The notes under the pieces were generated by a model. That model saw only the letters and a list, made by a program, of their open reading frames with translations. It searched no databases and was not told the origin of the DNA. Positions 42,578 to 52,563 of a DNA stretch of 64,000 bases are shown piece by piece. The stretch's first letter is position 1; each line of letters begins with the position of its first letter. The stretch lies in assembly GCA_039208735.1 (NCBI GenBank), contig JBCCQY010000023.1, positions 1 through 64,000 on the forward strand, read 5' to 3'. The stretch is from Myxococcota bacterium (GTDB lineage Bacteria > Myxococcota_A > UBA796 > GCA-2862545). A program made the position numbers and the translations under genes.

Positions 42578-43166
42578 GCGGAACTGGCATCGCATTGGCG
42601 CCGCCGGCACCGCCCTCGGGCTGTTGTCGATCTCTGCGGTGGCGGTGGGCCTGCCCTGGGACATCGACATGGCCGATTCGCAGTCCCGCGAGGCCTACGA
42701 GAAGCCCATGCTCGACCTGCCCGAAGGGGTCGTGTCGCAGTCCCATGTGCTCTCGCCGAATCACTTCACCGCGAACGTTGTACGCGGCTCCGAAGCCTCG
42801 AAGAAGCTGCTCGCCGTCGGAGCGACGAAGCAGCTGGTCCAGAAGGGCGAGGAGATGTACCAAATCTACTGTTACCCGTGTCACGGGTCGGAGGGTGGTG
42901 CGACCGATGAGGGCCTCGGCCCGGTCGCTTGGACCGAGGCAGCGCCGGCCCGCATCAAGGGCATCCCCTACCTCTCGGGTCCCAACGGCGTCGCCAAGAG
43001 CCGCGATGATCAGTGGATTTACGTCACCATCCGGAACGGTGGCGGAAACATGCCGGCCTACGGCCACGCGATGAACGACCAGGAAATGTGGTCGATCGTG
43101 CACTACATCCGCACCCTGCCCGACTCGCAGCAGCTGAAGACGGCGGCTGAGGAGGAGGCCCCATGA
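42570..43166 (+). CDS. actE: Alternative complex III monoheme cytochrome c
   Basis: DMADS, CYPCHG, MPAYG, WSIVHYIR. Confidence 0.9.
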   Translation: MSKRNWHRIGAAGTALGLLSISAVAVGLPWDIDMADSQSREAYEKPMLDLPEGVVSQSHVLSPNHFTANVVRGSEASKKLLAVGATKQLVQKGEEMYQIYCYPCHGSEGGATDEGLGPVAWTEAAPARIKGIPYLSGPNGVAKSRDDQWIYVTIRNGGGNMPAYGHAMNDQEMWSIVHYIRTLPDSQQLKTAAEEEAP

Positions 43167-44515
43167 GCAGCGGACTTCCAAATCTCAATCCCGTCATCGA
43201 CGGACTGATCGGCCGCAAGCTGCCGAACAGCGTCCACTACGGGTCGCTTGCGGCCATGGCCGTCGGCGTGGTTGCATTCTTCGCTGGCGTCGTGGTCTTG
43301 GGCAAGCCTGCCTACACCTGGGGCGCCTACCTTGTGGGCCTGGTCTATACCTTGGCCATCGCGCAGGGCGGCGTCATCTTCGCCATCCTGATGACGGGCA
43401 CGACCGGCCGCTGGGGCCGTCCCGTGAAGCGAATCGGTGAGGCCTTCGGGTTCTTCCTGCCGGTGGGCTGGCTCCTGCTGGCCGTGTTCCTCGTGTTCGG
43501 GATCTACGTCTACTCCTGGCACCCCGAGACGATCATCGAAGGCGGCCAAGTCGACCTGGCTCCGCACTCCGCCGAGGCTGCGGCCAGCAAGGAATACTGG
43601 CTGGCCCCAGGCTTCTTCACGGCCCGTCAGCTCGCTTTCCTCGGCATCCTCATCGTGCTCGATGGTTTGTACATCTACCAGAGCCTTCGCCCCGACCTCG
43701 TGATGGCGCGGCAGCGGCTTGGCAATAAGGCGCCCGCCATTTGGGAGACGTTCACCCGCGGGTCGGGCGACCTCGCCACCACCGTACGCGAAAGCCTTCG
43801 GGGACAAGCGCTGCTCACGCCCTTCATCGGCCTGGCCTATGCGCTGGTGTTCAGCTTCGTGGGCTTCGACCTTATCATGAGCCTGTCGCCATGGTGGTTC
43901 TCCAACATGTTCGGCGGCTTCATCTTCATGAGTTCGTTCTGGCTCGCGCTGGCCGCACTGGGTGCGGTCGCGGTGGCCGCTAGGGACTGGTTGCGACTCG
44001 GACCCTTTGTCACCTCCAACGTGACGCATGACATCGGCAAGCTTATGCTCGCGGGCTGTATGTTCTGGGCCTACACGACGTACGCCCAGCTGCTTCCCAT
44101 CTGGTACACCGACATGCCAGAAGAGACCGAGTTCCTGCTCGTCCGCATGCGTCACCCCGACTGGGAGTGGTTGGCCATGATGGTGGGCGTCACCTGTTTC
44201 CTCGCCCCCTTCACCATCTTGGTGTCGCGCGGAATCAAGAAGATGCGCTGGCCGTTCTTCGGCATCTGCCTTCTCGTAATGGTGGGCTTGTTCCTCGAAC
44301 GGTCGCTGCTCGTGTTGCCTTCGGTCTACTTCGAATCGGCCCTGGCGACGGACACCATTCTCATCAGCATTGGTGTGTGGGTTGGCTTCATGGGCCTGTT
44401 CATTCAGGTTGTGGGCCAGGTGTTGTGCCGCATTCCGCCGCTTGTCATCAGCGATCCCTACCTCGAGCCGCACCCGTGGGATGTCCACGTGCACTCGCTG
44501 GATCATCGTGCCTGA
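43163..44515 (+). CDS. actF: Alternative complex III membrane subunit
   Basis: DLIMSLSPWWFSNMFG, HDIGKL, FWAY..YAQLLPIWY..MPEET. Confidence 0.92.
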   Translation: MSSGLPNLNPVIDGLIGRKLPNSVHYGSLAAMAVGVVAFFAGVVVLGKPAYTWGAYLVGLVYTLAIAQGGVIFAILMTGTTGRWGRPVKRIGEAFGFFLPVGWLLLAVFLVFGIYVYSWHPETIIEGGQVDLAPHSAEAAASKEYWLAPGFFTARQLAFLGILIVLDGLYIYQSLRPDLVMARQRLGNKAPAIWETFTRGSGDLATTVRESLRGQALLTPFIGLAYALVFSFVGFDLIMSLSPWWFSNMFGGFIFMSSFWLALAALGAVAVAARDWLRLGPFVTSNVTHDIGKLMLAGCMFWAYTTYAQLLPIWYTDMPEETEFLLVRMRHPDWEWLAMMVGVTCFLAPFTILVSRGIKKMRWPFFGICLLVMVGLFLERSLLVLPSVYFESALATDTILISIGVWVGFMGLFIQVVGQVLCRIPPLVISDPYLEPHPWDVHVHSLDHRA

Positions 44516-44538
44516 CGTCATCGCGTTGCGATGACCGC

Positions 44539-44578
44539 CAAAGCCTCGGACCATTTTGGTCCGGGGCTTTGTTGTCTT
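44539..44578 (+). terminator. Intrinsic terminator of the act operon
   Basis: caaagcctcggacca-ttt-tggtccggggctttg hairpin followed by T-rich tail. Confidence 0.75.
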
Positions 44579-44655
44579 CGGGATCCGTCTTGAATTAGGA
44601 TCCGCGTCAGAATCCGACTGTACCGAGTCGATGCCACGACCCGGAGGAGGAACGG

Positions 44656-45834
44656 ATGGCGACGCTGGAGAAGCGTGGCGAGTGGTGGACCATTCGCTGG
44701 ACGGAACCGAAACCGGAGGGAGAAGAAGGTCGACGATGGCGACGCCATCGCGTCCGCACCCGGCGACAAGCCGAGAAACTTCGGATCGAAATTGAGGATG
44801 CCGTGCGCCTCGAAGGAGCCTGGGTACCCGCCGCGGAGCGCCCACAAGCGACACGGCTCACCGACATCATTGAGGCCTTCCTCGAACATAGCGAGCGGTC
44901 GAATGCCCCTTCGACGACGCTTCGGAAACGGCAGATGTTGAAACTATTGGTGCGACACCTGGGAGCGGACACTCCTGTCGACCACCTGTCATACGAGGTC
45001 CTGGGCCAGTTTCATGCTTGGCTCAAAGACCCAGAGACCGGACGCCACGTCCACGGGCGAGGTCCTGAGACCTGCCGAAAAGTGATTGGAGAAGTCGAAT
45101 TACTGTGGCGATGGGCGGCCCAACGACAGGCTCGAGGGCAGTTTCGAGGTGTCCCAACGCCCGACAGTCTCGATCTTCAGCGCGCGGCTGCCCCCGAAGC
45201 CCAAGCCCCCACCTGGGCCGAGATGGATGCCTGCATCCATGCCGCCCAGGGCTGGCAACAACGCCTCTACATCGTGTTGCGGTGCACAGGGCTACGCGTG
45301 GGCCAGGCCATGGGATTGCGTTGGGACGACCTCGACCTTGAGACAGGGGTGCTGCGCTTCCGCGGTGAACTCGGCAAGACCAAACACGAACGCCGAGGCC
45401 GGCGTCAGCCGCTTGCGCCGGTGCTCCTCGAGCGACTCCTCGATTGGGAACAACGATCCGAATGGGTCATCGAGTGCCCGCGAAAGGAACGCGTGGCTCG
45501 AGCTCGCGATGCGGCTCGGGCGTGGCATCGCGCGGGCATTCCCGAAGAGAAGTGGGCCCAGCCTCACCACGCCTTCCGTAAGGGTTGGGCCACTGGCCTT
45601 CAGCTCGCCGGAGTTGACAAAGAGGCCATCGAATACATGCAGGGTCACCAAGTGGGACATTTAACCGGTCTGGCAAGTTCGCGAGACCGGTACCTGGATC
45701 CGAGGGCCCTTCCGCTCGTGGAGGCGGTGGGTCAAGTGCCGCCGATTGCCCTAATGTTGCCCCTTGGTCATCCTCCAGATCGGAAAAATAAAGATTCATC
45801 AATCACTATAGATCTCGATGGCGGCGGACCATAG
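44656..45834 (+). mobile_element. Tyrosine recombinase/integrase
   Basis: TGLRVGQ (R), GKTK (K), HAFR, QGH, RYL; arm-binding-like N-terminus; GGAGG RBS. Confidence 0.9.
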
Positions 45835-46254
45835 GAAACAAACCCACCGCGGAAAATCGGCGAAATAGAGACCCTGGTGATGGATGAATGCAGATTATCC
45901 GCGCGATACTTAGGCATTATACACCCATAGTGCTCTTAAGAATACGATTATTTTATAGACACTCTTGAAAATCACATCGGTGTTTGGCATGAGCACCCCC
46001 TTCACGAGCCAAACTCTTTTATCGAGGGCACTCGAGCAGATTAGAAAGGTTCAACGTATGTTGTTGCCGTTTCTGGTGCCCAGGCTGCATCGATTTCGGA
46101 GCCGTGAGTCAAGGCGAATCATCGATGCCGAGACGGGTTGGACTGTCGGGCCTCAGGGAGAAATCGTGCAGATCCGGTCGCTAGGACCGGAGAGGCCCAT
46201 GGGAGCCTGGTCGTGGCGTTGTCGAAGGGGGCACTTTCCGAGTCGTTGCTGGGT

Positions 46255-46404
46255 GTAGCCCTGGCCGATGAGAGTTCGGGCCGCGTCCGCGTCAAGCTCG
46301 AGCCTCGGTCTGCCTAGCGTGGTGCCGGACGCCCTGGCCCGCTCCAAACCTGCCAGCGTCCGTTCGCGTCGCCGAGCTCGCTCTTGCTGGGCAATCCACT
46401 CCAC
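46255..46404 (-). pseudogene. Serine recombinase (resolvase) C-terminal remnant
   Basis: IAQQERARRRERTLAGLERARASGTTLGRP; catalytic N-terminus absent. Confidence 0.75.
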
Positions 46405-46510
46405 TACGGAGGGTCACGCCTCGCGAGGGGCCTCTTCACGCTCCTTGCAGCAAACACTCGAGCCGACGGCGGAGGTGTTCGAGACGTAGTCCTTCGTTAG
46501 GCACGTCCGC

Positions 46511-47875
46511 ATGCCTACCCGCACCGGTCCCTATCTGTTCGCCTCCCATGGAGGCTACGCCAACGTCTTCGACGGGCTCGACCACACCTGGGTCGGCTCG
46601 GTCCCGACCTCGGGATTCGGCTCTGCCGCCATCGTCGTCGACCTCGACGCTCGCCCTGTGGTGGTCGAGTTCGGTCTGGAGGGCCTCCGCGCCACCGACG
46701 CCCAGTCGCTCGAGGTCCTCTGGTGGATTCCCCCATCGGACTCCCGCGGGAACTCGATGGGCTTCTCCCACGCTGTCGCCTTCTACTTCGATGGGGTCCT
46801 GCGGGTGGGGGCCTCCGAGATCCTGAAGTTCGGTAACCAGCGCATCCTGATCGACCCGGTCACGGGCGAGCGCGACCTCGCGTCGGGTGGCCCGGGTCGG
46901 TTTTTTGGCAGCGTCGAGTGCCCACAGGTCCACGGCGTTGCCGACGGCACCTCGGTGTTGCTGCGGTCCGCGGCGGGGGCCACGCTGATGCGCCTGGCTA
47001 CGCCAGATGATCCCGTCGACGTGCAGGAGCACGTGGGCGCCGACGGTACACGGTACACCGTCACCAGCCAGGTCTTCGACTTTGGCCCCGACAAGGTTCA
47101 GATGGCATTTGCGCCTGACCAGGTTCTGCTCGTCACCGGATCGCGTCTCGCCGGCTACGGTCTCGACGGGCGACAGTTGTGGGAGGCCACGACCCCGGCC
47201 GAGGCCCGCGTCGTCCAAACCGCCTACGACCGCACCGGGTGGCTGGGCACCCTTCGGACAGACGCTGGCCTGGCTCTCTATCGACTCGGACCCACGCTCG
47301 AACACCTGCGCGGCCCCCTCGACGAGCCGGGACACCTGGTGCCCGGTGGCCAGTTCGTGCGCGACGCCCGCGACGTCTCCAACGCGATCACAGGGGAGCC
47401 GCAGGCACCGCTCGGGCCCGTTCCCGCCGACCGCCTTCCACAGTCGGTGGTGATCGCCGAGTCGGTCCAGGACGATGGTCCGCCCGCGCCGGTACCCGCC
47501 CCTATTGCCCGGTTCTTCAGCGAGGGACCCCGGGCGCTCCGCGACGCGTGGGAATCCAGCCCCGAGCTGCTACCCACCCTAAGAGAGTTCGCCCGAGCGC
47601 TGGGTCTGCCGCCCGGTTTGCACCCCTTCGGGCGCCACGTGGAGGAGCGCCATTGGTCGGAGGGTGAGGGCATCCGTGAGCTGTTTCTGTACGAGGAGCG
47701 AACACTCATCTGGTGCTGGCGCGACACGCCGGACGGCCCTCGGTACTTCCGCTTCCACCACGAGAGACGGACCGCCGACCGCGTCTCCCAACCGCTGGTG
47801 CGGAAGCTCTCCGGACCCTGGCCTCTGCAGGCTCTGCTGTCCGAAGCGCAAGCGAGGCTCGCAGGCGTCTCTTGA
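46511..47875 (+). CDS. Hypothetical protein
   Basis: 454-codon ORF with GC-rich third positions; no confident family. Confidence 0.7.
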   Translation: MPTRTGPYLFASHGGYANVFDGLDHTWVGSVPTSGFGSAAIVVDLDARPVVVEFGLEGLRATDAQSLEVLWWIPPSDSRGNSMGFSHAVAFYFDGVLRVGASEILKFGNQRILIDPVTGERDLASGGPGRFFGSVECPQVHGVADGTSVLLRSAAGATLMRLATPDDPVDVQEHVGADGTRYTVTSQVFDFGPDKVQMAFAPDQVLLVTGSRLAGYGLDGRQLWEATTPAEARVVQTAYDRTGWLGTLRTDAGLALYRLGPTLEHLRGPLDEPGHLVPGGQFVRDARDVSNAITGEPQAPLGPVPADRLPQSVVIAESVQDDGPPAPVPAPIARFFSEGPRALRDAWESSPELLPTLREFARALGLPPGLHPFGRHVEERHWSEGEGIRELFLYEERTLIWCWRDTPDGPRYFRFHHERRTADRVSQPLVRKLSGPWPLQALLSEAQARLAGVS

Positions 47876-48146
47876 GGTCAGGTGGTAAAGGCCCGCCCAG
47901 CAGACCACCGCGTTGTCGCCCATCGCCTGCACGATCCTCGGGAGTAAGGTGGTGCGAATGCGCTGGTCGGGTTCTCGTCGAGCCCGTCGAGGAGGAGGCT
48001 AGGAGCGACGTCAGGTTGTCAAACGCCGGCACCCACCCCGTGTCCAGCTCGGCCGTCAACCGATCGAGGGCCTCGAGGGCGAGTTCCTTGAGGAGCATCG
48101 TCTTGCCGGTGCCCAGCGGCTCGGCCACGCAGGAGGTAGGTGGCCT
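47872..48146 (-). pseudogene. Frameshifted P-loop NTPase remnant
   Basis: YLLRG in one frame and EPLGTGKTMLLKELA in another. Confidence 0.45.
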
Positions 48147-49418
48147 TCACCCCGCCGACGAGCTCTTGCGCATCCGCTGCTTCATGAGGCGTTCGAACAT
48201 CTTCTCGCCCCGTCCCGGCTCGCTCCACGGGCACACCTCGAGACAGATCCCACACGACCCCGTCTTCACGAAGTACGGCGCACACTTGTCGAAGTCGACG
48301 TAGAACTTCTCCACGCCCCGCACGAGCTGCTTGGTGTCGAAGATGGCATGCGGTGGGCAATTCTCCACGCAGATCTGGCACGAGGCACAGAAGTCCTCCA
48401 CTCCGATGTCGACCGGCACGTCGTTCTGCAGCGGCAGGTCGGTGAGCACGACCGCCAGACGGACGTTTGCTCCGTACTCTCGCGTGATGAGCGAGCCGTG
48501 CTTGCCCAGTTCACCGAGTCCGGCCTGGATAGCCGTCGGGAGGTGCAGCACTTCGCTCGGGTCTGGCGGGATGTTGGTGCAGGCTCGGGCCGGCCAGCCC
48601 AGACCACGAATGCCCTCCGCCACCTCGATCGCGATGCGATTGGCCTCGACGTAGGAGTCCATGATCGCCATGACCGAACGGTCGGAAGGGGCATGAAGCA
48701 TCTCCTCGCGGTCCATCGGAATCGCGATGGCGATAGCGTGGAGGAACGACTCGTCGAAGTCCTCGTAGCAGAGGTCGTCCGTCAGGTCGGTGATGCCCAC
48801 GAGCGCGGCGCCAGCTTCGCGCGCCAGGCGCTTGACCACCTCACTCGACTGGTCTGGCGGCATCTCCACCGCCGCCCGCGACACCGGACCCACGCGGCGT
48901 CGATCGTCCCAGAACATTCGCACGATGTACCGGTGGACCCGCGTGTTCTCCATCACCTGGAAGTACCAGTCCAGCTTGCCCCAGGCCCGGCCGTAGCCGT
49001 CGCCGAAGAATACATGACTAGCCCGTCGCGGCTCGGTCTCTCCGCGCCCATTGATGACGTTGCCGGAGATGGGGGGCGACCGGTAGGTGAAGTCGTAGTC
49101 GGGCGTTGGATACGCCTCGAGGTGCATGTGGCGCGCCTTGCGCGTCTTCCCCGGATTGGGGGACAGGTCGCCGGGAGTCGCCGAAAACTCAGGGAATGCC
49201 TGACGCTGCGGAGGCCCCGCCATGTCCTCCAGCACGATCGACTCCCCTCGGGCGATACGCTGGCGATTCACTGCCCGAAGCAGAGGGAAGACCGTGTGGG
49301 TGGCAACCGCAACCGCCAGGGTGAACGCCGCGCGGCCGGTGTCGCGCACGAAACGGCGCCCCTGCTGCTGCAAGGATTGGGACCAGCGAACGGGCCGGGG
49401 ATACTTGGCAGTCGTCAT
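48147..49418 (-). CDS. Reductive dehalogenase/QueG-like protein with two 4Fe-4S clusters
   Basis: AGAALVGI, AGLGELGKHGSLITREYG..VRLAVVLTDLPL, FCASCQICVENCP, CGICLEVCPW. Confidence 0.85.
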   Translation of the reverse strand: MTTAKYPRPVRWSQSLQQQGRRFVRDTGRAAFTLAVAVATHTVFPLLRAVNRQRIARGESIVLEDMAGPPQRQAFPEFSATPGDLSPNPGKTRKARHMHLEAYPTPDYDFTYRSPPISGNVINGRGETEPRRASHVFFGDGYGRAWGKLDWYFQVMENTRVHRYIVRMFWDDRRRVGPVSRAAVEMPPDQSSEVVKRLAREAGAALVGITDLTDDLCYEDFDESFLHAIAIAIPMDREEMLHAPSDRSVMAIMDSYVEANRIAIEVAEGIRGLGWPARACTNIPPDPSEVLHLPTAIQAGLGELGKHGSLITREYGANVRLAVVLTDLPLQNDVPVDIGVEDFCASCQICVENCPPHAIFDTKQLVRGVEKFYVDFDKCAPYFVKTGSCGICLEVCPWSEPGRGEKMFERLMKQRMRKSSSAG

Positions 49419-49445
49419 GGCGTTCTCTCTTGAAGGGTTATTCGT

Positions 49446-49468
49446 CTACTGAACTAGTCGTTTAGTAG
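49446..49468. promoter_or_regulatory. Probable TetR operator
   Basis: ctactgaac-N5-gtttagtag inverted repeat between divergent genes. Confidence 0.6.
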
Positions 49469-49517
49469 TGAACAGCCATTTAAGAATATTTCGACCCCAT
49501 TCCCACCCGGACGCAAA

Positions 49518-50117
49518 ATGCAGCGTGTCGATCCGCGCGTGAAGCGCACGCGCTCAAACGTTCTTCGCGTAGCTGCCGAAATACTGCTCACCCGGGGCTG
49601 GGACCATGTGACCAATGCCGCGGTTGCGAAGGAGGCTGGTTACTCGAAGGCCACGCTGTACAAGCACTGGCCCGAGCCGCTCGACCTGCTGCGGGCCGCG
49701 TTCCTGCACATCGGCGGAATCGAGTTCCACGGCGAGGTCACAGGAGACCTGCGCACCGACCTCATCGCGGAGCTCGACGCCTACCGCGTTGTATTGACCG
49801 AACACCGCCTCGCCGGACCGTTGATCGGCCTCGCAGACCGGGCACGTACCGACCCCGACCTGGCATCGATTCGCGATCAGTTCCTCGCCGAAGGCCAAGC
49901 GCCGACCCTGGCCCTGATCCGCCACGGAGTTGCCAGCCATCTGCTCCGGTCCGACCTCCCCATCACCCCGACAGCGGACCTGTTGTCGGGCGCTTTGACC
50001 TGGCGGGTGGCTGTTCTCGGAGAGAGCGTCGACCGGGCTTATGTGGTCGACATCGTCGATACGGTGTTGCGTGGCGTGCTCCGGCCAGAGAACGCTACGC
50101 CTTCAGCGAACGGGTAG
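49518..50117 (+). CDS. TetR-family regulator
   Basis: VAKEAGYSKATLYKHW HTH; TGDLRTDL. Confidence 0.93.
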   Translation: MQRVDPRVKRTRSNVLRVAAEILLTRGWDHVTNAAVAKEAGYSKATLYKHWPEPLDLLRAAFLHIGGIEFHGEVTGDLRTDLIAELDAYRVVLTEHRLAGPLIGLADRARTDPDLASIRDQFLAEGQAPTLALIRHGVASHLLRSDLPITPTADLLSGALTWRVAVLGESVDRAYVVDIVDTVLRGVLRPENATPSANG

Positions 50118-50262
50118 TCTCCGCGTACAGGACCTGTCGGTGTGGTTCGTAGCAGGTCATGAGCCCTGGAGCTCAGCGACGGTCACCTCCACCGCGTGGT
50201 CGAACCGCACACCCCAGAGCGATGTGCTCCACCTCCCGCCAGTTCTCGACGGACTCCCGGAA

Positions 50263-52563
50263 TCAGAATGCAACGCCGAGGGTGAGCCGCACGTTCGCAG
50301 GAGGACCGGCTGTCGTATGCAGTGCGGGGATCTCGCTGGCGGGTTCGCCCGGGCGCCAGTGGCTCGCGTAGTTGTACTCGCCTTCCCGAAGCTGTCGGTT
50401 CAGCACGTTTTCCACTTCGAGATCGAGGCGGAGGCGGCGCCAGTGGTAGCCAAGCGTCGCATCGGTCATGACCAGCGTTGCCCCGGTCGCGCCAAAGGGC
50501 AACGGACGTGGGGCCACCGTGAGAACCCGAAGGCCAGCTCGCAAGCCGTTGTCATGGGTCACGACGCCACGCACCCCTGAAACGAGCCAGGGGGCGAGCG
50601 GCACGCGGTTGCCCGACTCCACGAATCGCGCGTCGACCAGCGTGAGGTCTGCGCTCAAACTGAGCCACGGCGTCGGGTTTGAGGACAGCACGAGCTCGGT
50701 CCCAAGTCGGCGCGTTCCGTTGAGTTCGAGGCTCACGCCCGACACATGGTCGAAGATCGACTCTCGCTCGATGAAGGTCGCGAACGCCGAGAGGCTGAGG
50801 CCAAACCCGTCTGCCGGGTTCCAGCGCGTGCCCAATTCCAGAGCGTCCGACACCGTTGCGGCCGGAGCCCCCCCGGTGAACACCTCTTCGCCGATGCCCG
50901 TGCGTCCGGGGTCGAAGGTGGACAAAGCGCGAGCTTCCGGAGGCCGGAAACCGCGACCGTAGGCAAAGAAGAGCCCGAACGCGTCGAAAGGCCTCCACTG
51001 GGCGGTCACCCGAGGCGAGGGGACGACGAAGGTGTGATCCCCCGGGGTGCCGTCTTCGAGGCGATCGGTCGCTCGCATGTGGATGAGGTCCGCGCGTGCC
51101 CCCGCATCGATCCGAAGCCGTTCGACGGGAGACCAACGCACGCCCGCGAACGCGTGGCCGATGAGCTGGATGCCCTTCAGATCACGGCGTTCACCGAGCA
51201 ACTCAAGCTCCTGCCCCACGTTGTCCTCTCGCTGCGAGAACACGTCACCGCGCAGCCCCAGATGGGTTCGGAGCGTAAGCGGCTTGAACAACGAGGAGGT
51301 TTGGGACGCGAACAGGCCAAATGACTGGGTCTCCTGAAATTGGTCCCGGCGGTCGCCGTCCTTCGGGTTGATCAAAAAGCCCGTGAAGTTCTCCAACAGC
51401 TCGAGCCTGCGGTAGCCCGCGTACCCCGTCAGCGAGACTTCGTGGCCTTCGCCTCGCCAGTCGTACCGCAATGCCAGGCGCGCCCGGGCGCTCATCCCTT
51501 GCGAGAGCGGATCGTATGCCCCGTAGAAGTCGACCTGCCCCGCCTGGACGTCGTCGTTGCGCAAGGTCCCTGGCAGTTCAAACCTGGAATAGCCGCCGAG
51601 GCCGGTCAGATGAAGCGTCCCACCGCGGTCCAGGTCAAAGAGGCGCACGCGACCGTTGAACGTCGCTCGATTCAGGGCTCGATTGTCGCCGAACCCATCG
51701 TCATGGGTGGCTTCGAATCCTACAAACTGCTGTCCGCTATCGTCGCGCGGTGTGTACCTGGCAAAGATTCGATGTCGGTTGGTCGTGCCCACCGTGTAGG
51801 CCGCTCGCCAACCCAGATCGTTCATCGGAATCCCAAGGCGATAGTTGGCGGAGCCCGCCATCCCAAACGCCCCTTGCTCAGGGGTGAACGGTCCCCTGGT
51901 GACGGCAACCTCACGAATCATCTCGGGGATGATGATCGCGAGGTCGAGGTAGCCCTGTGCGTGAATGTTGGACCATTCGTTGATGGGCATCCCATCGAGG
52001 GTCAACTCGAGGTCAGCGCCATGGATGGCGTCAAAGCCCCGAAGAAAGAACTGGTGCCCCTTGCCCTCGCTACCGTGCTGTACGAGCGTCAAGCCAGGCA
52101 CCTGGCGCAAGACCTCCTCGGCATTCCGCCGGGGTGCCGACGTGATGTCCCGTGGGTTGAGCCTCACCGTAGAGGCCGTTTCAGGTTGGGAGCGCATGGC
52201 GATGACGGTGACCGAGGAGTCGATCCCGCCCGCCCAGTCCAACGAAACGGCGATGGGGACTCGGCGTTCCTCGTCCGATAGCTCCAGACGAACAGATTCG
52301 TAGCCGGGCGCACTCAAGTGCAAGACGGCCAACCCTTCCGCCACCCCATCGAGCGTAAACCCACCATTCTCGTCTGTGACGACGGAAAGACCAGTTCCCT
52401 CTATATGAACGATCACGCCCGAGATTCCATCGTCCCGGTCGGGTTCGGTGACCCATCCGGTGATGGCACCCGTTGAGACTGGCGGACTCGCGTACGCACC
52501 CGTCGCCATGAGCGACGTCAAGGTTGCGCACGCCAGCCAAAAGGTCAGTCTTGGGAGTCGCAG
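50263..52563 (-). CDS. TonB-dependent receptor
   Basis: VPGLTLVQHGSEGKGHQFFLRGFDAIHG plug; terminal Phe; start uncertain. Confidence 0.9.
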   Translation of the reverse strand: MRLPRLTFWLACATLTSLMATGAYASPPVSTGAITGWVTEPDRDDGISGVIVHIEGTGLSVVTDENGGFTLDGVAEGLAVLHLSAPGYESVRLELSDEERRVPIAVSLDWAGGIDSSVTVIAMRSQPETASTVRLNPRDITSAPRRNAEEVLRQVPGLTLVQHGSEGKGHQFFLRGFDAIHGADLELTLDGMPINEWSNIHAQGYLDLAIIIPEMIREVAVTRGPFTPEQGAFGMAGSANYRLGIPMNDLGWRAAYTVGTTNRHRIFARYTPRDDSGQQFVGFEATHDDGFGDNRALNRATFNGRVRLFDLDRGGTLHLTGLGGYSRFELPGTLRNDDVQAGQVDFYGAYDPLSQGMSARARLALRYDWRGEGHEVSLTGYAGYRRLELLENFTGFLINPKDGDRRDQFQETQSFGLFASQTSSLFKPLTLRTHLGLRGDVFSQREDNVGQELELLGERRDLKGIQLIGHAFAGVRWSPVERLRIDAGARADLIHMRATDRLEDGTPGDHTFVVPSPRVTAQWRPFDAFGLFFAYGRGFRPPEARALSTFDPGRTGIGEEVFTGGAPAATVSDALELGTRWNPADGFGLSLSAFATFIERESIFDHVSGVSLELNGTRRLGTELVLSSNPTPWLSLSADLTLVDARFVESGNRVPLAPWLVSGVRGVVTHDNGLRAGLRVLTVAPRPLPFGATGATLVMTDATLGYHWRRLRLDLEVENVLNRQLREGEYNYASHWRPGEPASEIPALHTTAGPPANVRLTLGVAF

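Noticed and set aside
45965..46258. 97-aa ORF in the AT-rich tract
   Set aside because: TTG start, atypical codon usage, no motif
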